A stretch of 64,000 nt of DNA from an uncultured Gammaproteobacteria bacterium (GTDB taxonomy: Bacteria > Pseudomonadota > Gammaproteobacteria > Competibacterales > Competibacteraceae): NCBI GenBank assembly GCA_963719395.1, contig CAVRCC010000034.1:130253-194252 (forward strand), in the 5' to 3' direction. This document shows, piece after piece, positions 1-9,417 of this stretch. Position numbers and translations under genes: made by a program. Numbering within the stretch: the first letter of the stretch is position 1; every line of letters begins with the position of its first letter. The notes under the pieces were generated by a model that worked only from the letters and a program-made list of their open reading frames with translations, did not search any database and had not been told where the DNA came from.

Positions 1-570
1 TTCAGAGCCGTGCACCGCCCGCAGGGCGCGGCCGACCTGGGAGTCCACCAGGTTAAGCGAGAGCCAGATCGCTAGCAGCATGGCGGTCATGATGACGCCG
101 TACCACGGCAGGTCGCCGTCGATCAGCCAGCCGAGCAGGTTCAGCGGGGGGATGCCGGCCAGGCCGTCCGGGCCGCCGGTCCATTGAGTCGCCTGCACCA
201 TGATGACATGGGCGATGATACCGAACCCGAGGGTGGCCATGGCCAAGTAGTGACCGCGCAGGCGCAGGATGGGGCGGGCGAGCAACCAGGCGATCGCGCC
301 AGCAACCAGCAGACCCGCAGTCATGGCCAGCAGCCCCGGCCAGCCGAAGCGGGTGGTCAGGATGGCGGAGGCGTAGGCGCCCATGCCGAAGAAGGCGGCA
401 TGGCCCAGGGATATCTGGCCGGCATAACCCATCAGCAGGTTGAGACCCACGGCGAGAATGACGTGAAGGCCGGCGGAGGCTCCGACCACGGTCACGAAAT
501 AGTTGTTCGGAAACAGCATGGGCAGCAGCGCCACCCCGGCCGCAAAGGCGTAGAAACCGGCCAGCCGCAT
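1..570 (-). CDS. livM: Branched-chain amino acid ABC transporter permease (LivM-like), runs off window start
   Basis: Own translation from ATG at 570: MRLAGFYAFAAGVALLPMLFPNNYFVTVVG...GLNLLMGYAGQISLGHAAFFGMGAY, the LivM signature; directly follows livH. Confidence 0.85.
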   Translation of the reverse strand, partial: MRLAGFYAFAAGVALLPMLFPNNYFVTVVGASAGLHVILAVGLNLLMGYAGQISLGHAAFFGMGAYASAILTTRFGWPGLLAMTAGLLVAGAIAWLLARPILRLRGHYLAMATLGFGIIAHVIMVQATQWTGGPDGLAGIPPLNLLGWLIDGDLPWYGVIMTAMLLAIWLSLNLVDSQVGRALRAVHGSE

Positions 571-573
571 CGC

Positions 574-1449
574 TCAGACCCGCTCCGCGACTTTGTGGCC
601 GAACAGTCCGGTCGGCTCGAAGAACAGGATCATCAACACGAACAGGAAGGCGATGGCATCCTTGTAACCGGACGAGATCAACCCCGCACCGAGCGACTCC
701 AGCACGCCCAAAAGCACACCGCCGGCGACCGCGCCCATCGGGTTGCCGATGCCGCCGACGATGGCGGCGGAAAAGCCCTTAAGGCCGAGCATGACGCCCG
801 CCTCGTAGGAGCTGAAGGTGATAGGGGCGATCAGAATGCCGGCCAGCGCGCCCAGACCGGCGGAGAGGCCGTAAGCCAAGCGCAGCATGACCCGGATGTT
901 GATGCCGACCAGTTGCGCGGCGGCGCGGTTGAACGAGCAGGCCAGCAGCGCCTTGCCCAGCAGGGTGCGGTTGAAGAAGACGCGGACCAGCACCACCAGC
1001 AGCACCGTAACGCCGAGCACCCACAGGCTTTGCGGCAGCATCGTCGCTCCGCCGAACTGGATAGGCGTATCGCCGGAGAAGGGGGGCAGGGTGTGAAAAT
1101 CCTTGCCCCACAGCAGGAGCGCGACGCCGCGCAGGAAAATCGCCGCGCCGATGGTGATGATGATAGTCGTTACCACAGACCCGCCGAGCGCCGGTTCGAT
1201 GGCAAACCGCTCCAGCAATAGACCGACCAGGACTGTCAGGAAGGTGGCGGCAAGGGCGGCCAAAAACAGCGGTAGGCCGGCGCCCAGCAGGGCGATGGCG
1301 GTCATGGCGCCCAGCATCACGAATTCGCCCTGGGCGAAGTTCACCACGTCGGAGGCGTTGTAGATCAGGGCGAAACCCAGACCCACCAGGGCGTACAGGG
1401 CGCCGACGGTAACGCCGGTGACCAGGAACTGGAAGAGTTGTTCGAGCAT
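574..1449 (-). CDS. livH: Branched-chain amino acid ABC transporter permease (LivH-like)
   Basis: GALYALVGLGFALIY..VNFAQGEF and KGFSAAIVGGIG motifs; hydrophobic 291 aa. Confidence 0.9.
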   Translation of the reverse strand: MLEQLFQFLVTGVTVGALYALVGLGFALIYNASDVVNFAQGEFVMLGAMTAIALLGAGLPLFLAALAATFLTVLVGLLLERFAIEPALGGSVVTTIIITIGAAIFLRGVALLLWGKDFHTLPPFSGDTPIQFGGATMLPQSLWVLGVTVLLVVLVRVFFNRTLLGKALLACSFNRAAAQLVGINIRVMLRLAYGLSAGLGALAGILIAPITFSSYEAGVMLGLKGFSAAIVGGIGNPMGAVAGGVLLGVLESLGAGLISSGYKDAIAFLFVLMILFFEPTGLFGHKVAERV

Positions 1450-1510
1450 GGGTGGCGGTTATCCGGCGATTTCTCCCTCTCGCCCGCAAGGGTCGAGAGG
1501 GGGGATTGCA

Positions 1511-2653
1511 TTATTCAACGATTTTCCAGGAACCGTTGCGGATTTCCACCATCTTGAAGGCGTCCAGATTCAGGCCCATGTGGTCATCGGGCGTCATGTT
1601 GAACACGCCGGAGGTGCCGATGAAGCCCTGGGTTTTCTCGATCTCGTCGCGCACCTTGGCCTTGTCCGGCCCGCCGGCCCGCTGGATGGCCGCCACGGCG
1701 ATCATCAGACCGTCATAAGCGTGGCCGCCGAAGGTGGATACCGGTCCGTATTTGGCCTCGTACTGTTTCTTGTAAGCGAGCAGCACCGGTTTTTGGGGAT
1801 CGGTGTCGGGCAGTTGCTCGGCGACCACCAGCGCCGCCGCCGGTAGACGCACCCCTTCGGCCGCGTCGCCGGCCAAGTCGATGAAGGTCTTGGAGGCGAC
1901 GCCGTGCGAGTGGTAGAGCGGCAGGGTGATGCCGAGTTGCTTGATGTTCTTGGTGACGATGGCCGGGGCCTGACCCAAGCCGAAGTTGATGATCGCCTGC
2001 GCGTCCGAAGACCGGATCTTGGTCAACTGGGCGGTCATGTCGGTGTCCTTGTTGCCGTAGGACTCGTCGGCAACGAGGGTGATGCCGTATTGAGGCGCCA
2101 GTTTGAGAAGTTGCTCGCGGCCGGACTTGTCGAAGCCGCCGTCGCCGGTGATGAGCGCCACCTTGGTGAGGCTGCGTTTGCGCAGGTCTTCGTAGATCCT
2201 GGCGGCAGCCATGCGGTCGGTGTGGGGGGTCTTGAACACCCATTTTTTGACCGGTTCGATAATTTCCACCGCGCCGGCCAGCGAAATCAGCGGGATGCCT
2301 TCCTTTTCCACGTCCGGGATCACCGCCAGGGTGTCGCCGGAGGTGGTGCCGCCGACGATAATATCCACATTGTCGTTCTTAATCAGGCGCTTGACGAAGT
2401 TAACCGCATCTTTGGCGTTGCCACCGGTGTCGTAGTGGATCAACTCGATTTTCCGGCCATTGACGCCGCCCTTGGCGTTGAGGTCCTCGACGTACATCTG
2501 TAGGGTTTTCAGTTCGGGATCGCCCAGGAACGAGGCCGGACCGGTCACGGTCAGGAACGAGCCGAGCTTGATGGGTTCGGCGGCGTGAGTGAACTGAATG
2601 CCTGTCAGCAGCAAAACTGACGCAAAAATGTTTTTCCACCATCCACTTTTCAT
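1511..2653 (-). CDS. ABC transporter substrate-binding protein (Leu/Ile/Val-binding family, possibly aromatic-compound type), copy 1
   Basis: Signal peptide MKSGWWKN...HAAEPIKLG; TGPASFLG and YDTGG motifs; start chosen after GAGGAG RBS. Confidence 0.88.
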   Translation of the reverse strand: MKSGWWKNIFASVLLLTGIQFTHAAEPIKLGSFLTVTGPASFLGDPELKTLQMYVEDLNAKGGVNGRKIELIHYDTGGNAKDAVNFVKRLIKNDNVDIIVGGTTSGDTLAVIPDVEKEGIPLISLAGAVEIIEPVKKWVFKTPHTDRMAAARIYEDLRKRSLTKVALITGDGGFDKSGREQLLKLAPQYGITLVADESYGNKDTDMTAQLTKIRSSDAQAIINFGLGQAPAIVTKNIKQLGITLPLYHSHGVASKTFIDLAGDAAEGVRLPAAALVVAEQLPDTDPQKPVLLAYKKQYEAKYGPVSTFGGHAYDGLMIAVAAIQRAGGPDKAKVRDEIEKTQGFIGTSGVFNMTPDDHMGLNLDAFKMVEIRNGSWKIVE

Positions 2654-2689
2654 CGTTATCTCCTCCTCGGGGTTGGCGCTTTCGTATTG

Positions 2690-2718
2690 GCAGGGGCGGA
2701 TACGGGGTCTGCCCCTAC
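2690..2718 (-). repeat. GTAG-type REP-like hairpin
   Basis: Minus strand GTAGGGGCAGACCCCGTATCCGCCCCTGC, an imperfect palindrome in the intergenic gap. Confidence 0.45.
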
Positions 2719-2735
2719 GTGGGTGGTATATGTGG

Positions 2736-3359
2736 TCAAGTCGCCGGGCGACGGGAAACTGCCTGGGCATGTCCCGCTTGCCGGCCGGCGTCGAAAGCCT
2801 GCGCGTTGATGTCCGCCAGCTTGGGCTTGTAGGCGCGAAAACCTTCGACGATGCATTCCTTGAGCGCGTCGGCGGGGAAGGGCAGATAGTCGCTGATCGC
2901 GCCCAGCATGATGGTGTTCACCAGCTTGGGGTTGCCCAGTTCCTCGGCGATGGCGCCGGCATCAAAAGCATGGACTTCAATTCCAGCCGCCGCCAGTTCG
3001 CCGATGGGATCGGCGGGATAGTCGTACAGGCCGGCGGAGACCACCGGTGGTAGAAGGCGCAGGGTATTGACCATGGCCACGCCGGTCGGGCGCAAATAGG
3101 GCAGCCAACGCAGGCTTTCGGCGGCCTCGAAGCCGATCAGCAAATCCGCCTCGCCGGGATCGATCTGCGGCGAGTAGACTTTGGGGCCGAAACGGACGTG
3201 CGAGGAGACCACGCCGCCGCGTTGGGCCATGCCGGCGACCTCGGTTTTCTTGACATCGTAGCCTTGGTTCAGGGCGGTGCGGGCCAGCATTTCGGCGGCG
3301 GTCATTACGCCTTGCCCGCCGATGCCGACGACGAGAATGTTGGTGATGCCGTCACGCAT
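2736..3359 (-). CDS. iorB: Indolepyruvate:ferredoxin oxidoreductase beta subunit
   Basis: NILVVGIGGQGV and EVAGMAQRGGVVSSHVRFG motifs; overlaps iorA stop. Confidence 0.9.
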   Translation of the reverse strand: MRDGITNILVVGIGGQGVMTAAEMLARTALNQGYDVKKTEVAGMAQRGGVVSSHVRFGPKVYSPQIDPGEADLLIGFEAAESLRWLPYLRPTGVAMVNTLRLLPPVVSAGLYDYPADPIGELAAAGIEVHAFDAGAIAEELGNPKLVNTIMLGAISDYLPFPADALKECIVEGFRAYKPKLADINAQAFDAGRQAGHAQAVSRRPAT

Positions 3360-5220
3360 GGGGCTGAATCCGGATGACTCGGTTTTGCGGCTGCGGCTGG
3401 ACGATGGCTTCGGGAGCGCAGGTTTCAACGCACATGTGGCAGCCGGTGCAGGCGTTAGCGTCGATGCGGGCGAATACTAACTCTTTAGCCTTGCCGCTCT
3501 TGGCGGTCACGGTTTCGCGGCGGGCGACGAAGATGGCCGGGCAGCCGAGGTCGATGCAGTTGCCGCAACCCGTGCATTGGTCGTCGATCACCGCATAGGG
3601 TTTGAGGGGCTCGAAACGGTCGGTGAGCGAGCAGGGGCGGTTGGTGATGATGACCGAGGGCTCGTTCATCTTGGTTTCTTCCCGCACCAGCTTGACCATG
3701 GTGGGTAGCTCGTAGGGGTCGACCATGCGGATGCGTTCGGGACGGACGCCGAGCGCTTCGGCCAGCTTGGCGAAATCGACCCGGGGCGCCGGCAGGCCGT
3801 GCAGGTCCTGGCCGGTGCCGGGATTTTCCTGGCCACCGGTCATGCCGACCGAGCGGTTGTCCAGTAACAGCACGGTGACGTTGCCCCGGTTGTAGATCAT
3901 GTTCAGCAGGCCCTGCATGCCCATGTGCAGGAAGGTGGAGTCGCCGATGACCGCGACGATGCTTTTCTTCTCGTCGGACTCACCACGCCCCTTGTCCATG
4001 CCGTGGGCCATGCTGAGCGAGGCGCCCATGCAGGTGCAGGTGTCGAGCGCGTTCCAGGGATGGCCCGCGCCGAGCGTGTAGCAGCCGATGTCGCCGATGA
4101 TGTTGAGGTTGCGGATGTGGGAGAGGGCGAAGTAGGGGCCGAGATGCGGGCAGGAGGCGCACATGGTGGGCGGCCGGGGAAAGACGGCGGCTTGCGGGCG
4201 GCTGGCGACTTCGTAGGGTTCGCCCAGGAGCGGTTTGATCGCCGGACGGAGCACGCTGGGCGCCAGCTCGCCGAAGCGCGGGAGAATGTCCTTGCCCCGC
4301 ACGTCCACGCCGGCGGCGCGGATTTCGGTTTCCAGCAAGGGTTCGGTTTCCTCAACCACCACCAGGGTATCCACCTGACCGGCGAAGGTGCGGATTTTGT
4401 CCAGCGGCGGGGGACAACTGAAACCGAGTTTGAGGACCGGGGCGTTCGGGAAGGTCTCGCGGATGTGCATGAACGCCGGTCCGGAGGTGACGAAGCCGAT
4501 GCGCCGGTCGCTGCCGGCGAACGCACGGTTGAGATCGATAGTCTCGCTCAGCTCTCGGAATGTTCGGTCGCGCTCGTGCATCAATGGCAGGCGCGGTTTG
4601 GCGTTGGCCGGAGTCATGACCCAGCGCTGGGGATTTTTCTGAAAGCCGGCGGCGCGGTGTTCGATCCGTTCGCCGGCGAAGGTGACCATGGCCTTGACGT
4701 GGCAAACGCGGGTGGTCATGCGGACGATGACCGGGACTTCGTATTGCTCGGAGAGGTCGAAAGCCCGCTTGACCATCTCGTAGGCTTCCTGCGAGTCGGC
4801 CGGTTCCAGGATCGGCATGTGGCCGAAGCGACCCCAGTAGCGGGAATCCTGCTCGTTCTGCGAGGAGGACAGCCCGACGTCGTCGGCCACCACGATGACC
4901 AGTCCGCCGACCACGCCAGCCAGCGACTGGGTCATGAACGCATCGGAAGCGACGTTCATGCCGACGTGCTTCATGGCGGCCAGGGCGCGCGAACCCGCCA
5001 GCGAGGCGCCGATGGCCACTTCCACCGCTACCTTTTCGTTGACCGACCATTCGGAGTAGATGTCGGGATAAAGCGCGATGTTTTCCAGAATTTCGGTCGC
5101 GGGCGTTCCGGGATAGGCAGCGGCAACCCGAACGCCGGCTTCCCAGGCGGCGCGGGCGACTGCTTCGTTGCCGGAGAGAAGATGGCGGCTTTCGGCCTTG
5201 GCTTGAACCACGGCATTCAT
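3352..5220 (-). CDS. iorA: Indolepyruvate:ferredoxin oxidoreductase alpha subunit
   Basis: LSGNEAVAR, YPGTP, MKHVG, RPPTMCASCPH, GDIGCY, GDSTF (TPP) and C-terminal ferredoxin Cys motifs. Confidence 0.93.
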   Translation of the reverse strand: MNAVVQAKAESRHLLSGNEAVARAAWEAGVRVAAAYPGTPATEILENIALYPDIYSEWSVNEKVAVEVAIGASLAGSRALAAMKHVGMNVASDAFMTQSLAGVVGGLVIVVADDVGLSSSQNEQDSRYWGRFGHMPILEPADSQEAYEMVKRAFDLSEQYEVPVIVRMTTRVCHVKAMVTFAGERIEHRAAGFQKNPQRWVMTPANAKPRLPLMHERDRTFRELSETIDLNRAFAGSDRRIGFVTSGPAFMHIRETFPNAPVLKLGFSCPPPLDKIRTFAGQVDTLVVVEETEPLLETEIRAAGVDVRGKDILPRFGELAPSVLRPAIKPLLGEPYEVASRPQAAVFPRPPTMCASCPHLGPYFALSHIRNLNIIGDIGCYTLGAGHPWNALDTCTCMGASLSMAHGMDKGRGESDEKKSIVAVIGDSTFLHMGMQGLLNMIYNRGNVTVLLLDNRSVGMTGGQENPGTGQDLHGLPAPRVDFAKLAEALGVRPERIRMVDPYELPTMVKLVREETKMNEPSVIITNRPCSLTDRFEPLKPYAVIDDQCTGCGNCIDLGCPAIFVARRETVTAKSGKAKELVFARIDANACTGCHMCVETCAPEAIVQPQPQNRVIRIQPHA

Positions 5221-5290
5221 GGATGGTGCGGACCTCTGAGGTTTAACGGCTAAAGGCTAATTTAGAGAGTGAGATTGGCAGTGAAAAGCG

Positions 5291-6430
5291 TTAGTCGATG
5301 ATTTTCCAGGCGCCGTTGCGGATTTCCACCAGTTTGAAGGCGTCTGGATTCAGGCCCATGTGGTCCTGAGGGGTCATGTTGAACACGCCGGAGGTGCCGA
5401 TGAAGCCTTGGGTTTTTTCGATCTCGTCGCGCACCTTGGCCTTGTCGGGGCCGCCGGCCCGCTCGATCGCGGCTTTGGCGATGAATAAACTATCGTAGCC
5501 ATGGCCGCCGAAGGTGGATACCGGTCCGTGCTTGGCCTCGTACTGTTTCTTGTAAGCGAGCAGCACCGGTTTTTGGGGATCGGTGTCGGGCAGTTGCTCG
5601 GCGACCACCAGCGCCGCCGCCGGCAAGCGTATCCCTTCGGCTGCGTCGCCGGCCAGGTCGATGAAGGTCTTGGAGGCGACGCCGTGCGAGTGGTAGAGCG
5701 GCAAGGTGATGCCGAGTTGCTTGATGTTCTTGGTGACGATGGCCGGGGCCTGGCCGAAGCCGAAGTTGATGATCGCCTGGGCGTCGGTGGCGCGAATCTT
5801 GGTCAACTGGGCCGTCATGTCGGTGTCCTTGTTGCCGTAGGACTCGTCGGCGACCAGGGTGATGCCGTACTCAGGGGCCAATTTGAGGATCTGCTCGCGG
5901 CCGGATTTGTCGAAACCTCCGTCGCCGGTGATCAGGGCCACCTTGGTGAAATTGCGTTTGCGCAGATCCTCGAAAATCCTGGCGGCGGCCATGCGGTCGG
6001 TGGGGGCGACTTTGAACACCCAGCATTTGGTCGGCTCGGTGATTTCGACGGCGGCGGCCAGCGAGATGAAGGGGACCCCTTCCTTTTCCACCTCAGGGAT
6101 GACCGCCAGGGTGTCGCCGGAGGTGGTGCCGCCGATGAGCAAATCGATGTTGTCGTTTTTAATCAAGCGTTTGACGAAGTTGACTGCATCCTTGGCGTTG
6201 CCGCCGGTGTCGTAATGCACCAGTTCGAGCGGACGGCCGCTGACCCCGCCCTTGGCGTTGATGTCTTCGACATACATCTGCAAGGTTTTTAGTTCAGGAT
6301 CGCCCAGGAACGAGGCCGGACCGGTCACGGTTAGGAACGAGCCGATCTTGATAGGAGCGGCGGCTTGGGCGATGTTAATGCCCGCCAGCAACAGCACCGC
6401 TAGCAGCAGGTTGTTCCACTCAGCTTTCAT
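5291..6430 (-). CDS. ABC transporter substrate-binding protein, copy 2 (close paralog of 1511-2653)
   Basis: MKAEWNNLLL signal peptide; mature protein nearly identical to copy 1. Confidence 0.88.
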   Translation of the reverse strand: MKAEWNNLLLAVLLLAGINIAQAAAPIKIGSFLTVTGPASFLGDPELKTLQMYVEDINAKGGVSGRPLELVHYDTGGNAKDAVNFVKRLIKNDNIDLLIGGTTSGDTLAVIPEVEKEGVPFISLAAAVEITEPTKCWVFKVAPTDRMAAARIFEDLRKRNFTKVALITGDGGFDKSGREQILKLAPEYGITLVADESYGNKDTDMTAQLTKIRATDAQAIINFGFGQAPAIVTKNIKQLGITLPLYHSHGVASKTFIDLAGDAAEGIRLPAAALVVAEQLPDTDPQKPVLLAYKKQYEAKHGPVSTFGGHGYDSLFIAKAAIERAGGPDKAKVRDEIEKTQGFIGTSGVFNMTPQDHMGLNPDAFKLVEIRNGAWKIID

Positions 6431-6590
6431 CGTTAGTGTTCTCCTCAAGCAACAGACAAACCGCGCGCCCCCGAACGTCGGGTTCTCCCCAAGGCCAGTG
6501 GCGAAATGGTAGCAGCTATCCCTGACGCCAAACAGGGTAGGGTATGCCACTCCTGCGCTGATCCTCCAGGCAGACGCCAACCGGTGACGA

Positions 6591-7616
6591 TCAATCGGAT
6601 GCCGGGGTATGGGCAGGGTCAGGCGAGGTGGCGGGGTGAGGCTGGAGTTGTTGCAGGCGTTGCCGGTCCGCTTGCACGGCCTTTAGTTCGCCCCGCAATG
6701 CTTCGGCTTCGCGCACGGTTTCAAGATACCGGGCTTCCGTGTCCCGTAACAGCAGGCGGATTTGCTGTAATTCGGTGGTTAAGGCGTTCTGGCGCTCGCC
6801 GGCGGCGGTCAGAGTCGCCCGCAGTTCGGCATTCTCGCGGTGTTGGGTTTCCCGTTGCTCCCGCCAGGCGGTTTCCTGATTTTTCCAGTCCTGACGCTCT
6901 GCTGCGAAGGCTTGGCGTTCCGCGTTCTGTTCGTTGCGGAGCTGATCGAGCATTCCCAGCAGTCGGGTCTCGTTGGCTTCGCCACGCTGGCGTTCGGCTT
7001 CGAAGCGTTGCCGGGCTTCGGTCAGTTGTTGCGCCATATCCGCCCGCGTTTGTTGCAGAACGGTTTCAGTTTGGGCAATGCGGGCGGCGGTTTCGGCGCG
7101 AATTTGGGCGACGGTCTCCATGGCGGCCTGAACGCGCTGTTCGGCGACCTGAGTGGCGGTCTCGGCGGCGGCGCGGCGTTCCTGTTCCACCAGCAGGCGG
7201 TCGGCGAGTTCTCGGGCGGCGGCTTGGGTGGAGTCGAGTTCGCGACGGAGATTATTGGCGACGGATTGAGCCTGCCGCTGTTCCGCAATGGCGGCGTCGC
7301 GCGCCTGTTCGGCGACTTCGACCGCTTCCGCAGCGACGATCCGTTGTTCCTCGAACGCTGCTTCGGCGTATTGCACCGCGATTTTCCAGAAGGCGTCGAG
7401 CGCGGCCGCGACGGCTTCGGGAATGGCTGGCGGTAGAATGAACTTAGGCGTTTCGGCGAGTTGTTGCTGCCAGCTTTTCAGGTGCTCGCTGATGGTGGTG
7501 TTGCTACCGGTGCCGAGCAGTTCGCGCACGCGTTGGATGGTGGGATTGAGGCCGCGCGCGAGCAGGCTTTCGGCGGCGGATTGGACTTCTTCATAGCGGA
7601 TTCCGGAACGGGCCAT
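6591..7616 (-). CDS. KfrA_N-domain DNA-binding coiled-coil protein (TnpT/KfrA-like)
   Basis: N-terminus MARSGIRYEEVQSAAESLLARGLNPTIQRVRELLGTGSNTTISEHLKSW matches the KfrA_N pattern; long A/E/Q/R-rich coiled coil. Confidence 0.8.
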   Translation of the reverse strand: MARSGIRYEEVQSAAESLLARGLNPTIQRVRELLGTGSNTTISEHLKSWQQQLAETPKFILPPAIPEAVAAALDAFWKIAVQYAEAAFEEQRIVAAEAVEVAEQARDAAIAEQRQAQSVANNLRRELDSTQAAARELADRLLVEQERRAAAETATQVAEQRVQAAMETVAQIRAETAARIAQTETVLQQTRADMAQQLTEARQRFEAERQRGEANETRLLGMLDQLRNEQNAERQAFAAERQDWKNQETAWREQRETQHRENAELRATLTAAGERQNALTTELQQIRLLLRDTEARYLETVREAEALRGELKAVQADRQRLQQLQPHPATSPDPAHTPASD

Positions 7617-7705
7617 GGGATCGATGCAACTCCGTGATAATTGATGATGGCACGATGATAACAAATAAAATGATTACATAATACGTATTTTACAGCTATT
7701 TACTG

Positions 7706-7747
7706 AGATATAATTCAAGATTATTACCATAATCATGAATTATATCT
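7706..7747. other. 19-bp-arm inverted repeat; candidate site-specific recombination (dif/res-like) site
   Basis: AGATATAATTCAAGATTAT-TACC-ATAATCATGAATTATATCT (18/19 match); adjacent palindrome AATACGTATT at 7680-7689. Confidence 0.6.
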
Positions 7748-7779
7748 ACCAACAAAATACCCATAATTCTGTAGCTACT

Positions 7780-9222
7780 GAGGTAATTGCAAAATTACAA
7801 AAAGTGCAGAATTTTTTCGGCGAATCTGAAGATAAAAAAGTAGCCTTATTGAATAAGATTATGTAATATAAGGACATTCAAATTTTCTGAAAAGATCACC
7901 ACCATGAATCTTATACTGAACTCGCGACTTTCGCAATTCATGACGAATTTTCAGGAGGACTTATGGGACTGGCAACAAGAAGATCCTCTGATATTGACGC
8001 CGAAGCTCATTGATGTTGTCCGGGTTCTGGAATTTGTTAATATTGAACGGTTTGTGCCGAGCAGTCAAGGACTCGTTGGGCGACCTGCCGAGTATCGGTC
8101 GCCAATTGCCCGCGCGTTTGTTGCCAAAGCGGTTCTCGATATACCGACCACAGAAGCGCTCATTGACCGACTCCAGAGCGATCTTAGCTTACGCCGAATC
8201 TGTGGGTTTCAGAGCGTCTTTGAGGTTCCCGGTGCGTGGACTTTTTCACGGGCCTTTGCGGAGTTCGCCGAGTTGAATTTACCCGATACGGCGCATAACC
8301 TATTAATAAATCGTGAGTTAGGGGATCAGATTATCGGTCATCTACTCCATGATGCGACCAAAATTGAAGCGCGTGAAAAACCCATCGCCAAGCCGAAACC
8401 GGAGCCGAAAGTGAAACGGCGGCGAGGACGTCCTTGTAAAGGGGAGGAACGCCCACCGCAACCAGAAACAGTTTTAGAAAAGCAGCAACACCAAACACTG
8501 GAGGAGATGCTAGCGGGCATTCCGAAAGCCTGTGATGTGGGATCCAAGAAAAACAGTCAAGGTCATACGGAAAGTTGGGTAGGTTACAAACTGCATATTA
8601 GTACAGCAGATGGTGATATTCCGATCGCGGCGATCCTGAGTTCGGCTTCCACTCACGACAGCCAAGTCGCTTTACCCTTAATGAACCTATGCGATCAGCG
8701 AGTAACCTCATTATATGATCTTGCCGATAGCGGTTATTGTAGTGGGATTATCCGCGAAGCATCGCGTCAATTAGGACATGTCCCACTGATTGATCACAAT
8801 CCACGCCGTGGTGAAAAGATTGAGTTTTTGCCTCATGAAGCGGAACGTTACAAAGCCCGTACTGGAGTAGAACGTACGAATAGTGATTTGAAAGATAATC
8901 ATGGAGGGCGTCATGTGCGGGTCCGTGGTGCTACGAAGGTGTACGCGCATTTGATGTATGGAATTTTGGTGATTGCGGCCGAACAGTTGTTGCGCTTGCT
9001 GAATTAGCCGTTCAACTTTAAAATGGGTATTGAACAAGAAGAGGCTTAGGTAGAAAACCTAGGCTAACGGTGAGGTATGCCTAAAATGAGCCCTTAAGCT
9101 AATTATCTTGATTTTACCGACATAAAAATTTAGAAAAACCTGGTTTAAACACGCTTTCTAAGCATAAAATCAGGTAAAGCCTCCATTTTAAGGATGCAGC
9201 AGAATAATTTTGCAAAAGGCTC
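7780..9222 (+). mobile_element. Insertion sequence, IS5/IS1182-like, 1443 bp
   Basis: Imperfect TIRs GAGGTAATTGCAAAATTA and GAGCCTTTTGCAAAATTA (rc); TACT target duplication at 7776-7779 and 9223-9226; lower GC. Confidence 0.85.
7904..9007 (+). CDS. DDE transposase
   Basis: LRRICGF, HDATKIE, WVGYKLH, ADSGY and RTGVERTNSDLK motifs. Confidence 0.9.
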   Translation: MNLILNSRLSQFMTNFQEDLWDWQQEDPLILTPKLIDVVRVLEFVNIERFVPSSQGLVGRPAEYRSPIARAFVAKAVLDIPTTEALIDRLQSDLSLRRICGFQSVFEVPGAWTFSRAFAEFAELNLPDTAHNLLINRELGDQIIGHLLHDATKIEAREKPIAKPKPEPKVKRRRGRPCKGEERPPQPETVLEKQQHQTLEEMLAGIPKACDVGSKKNSQGHTESWVGYKLHISTADGDIPIAAILSSASTHDSQVALPLMNLCDQRVTSLYDLADSGYCSGIIREASRQLGHVPLIDHNPRRGEKIEFLPHEAERYKARTGVERTNSDLKDNHGGRHVRVRGATKVYAHLMYGILVIAAEQLLRLLN

Positions 9223-9417
9223 TACTACCATGCTAGAAAAAGGCGAATCGAACGCATCGAACGCCGGCTGGAGCGAGTCGACCCCACGCATTGACCGCTG
9301 GACTGTCCAAGTGTCGACCTGCTCGAAACCGGCTGCCTGATCGCCCGACTCGCCCCTTACGTCACCAACCTTTAGTGCGCGCACCCCGCAAATTGGCCCA
9401 GCATGGCAACTTCGCCG

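Noticed and set aside
1471-1505. CCCTCTC...GAGAGGG hairpins here and at about 44635-44680
   Set aside because: Ordinary REP-like or terminator-like intergenic hairpins; too few and too divergent to define a family.
7706-7747. Canonical XerCD dif or protelomerase tel site
   Set aside because: No TTATGTTAAAT arm; the centre is non-palindromic (TACC); no protelomerase gene is visible.
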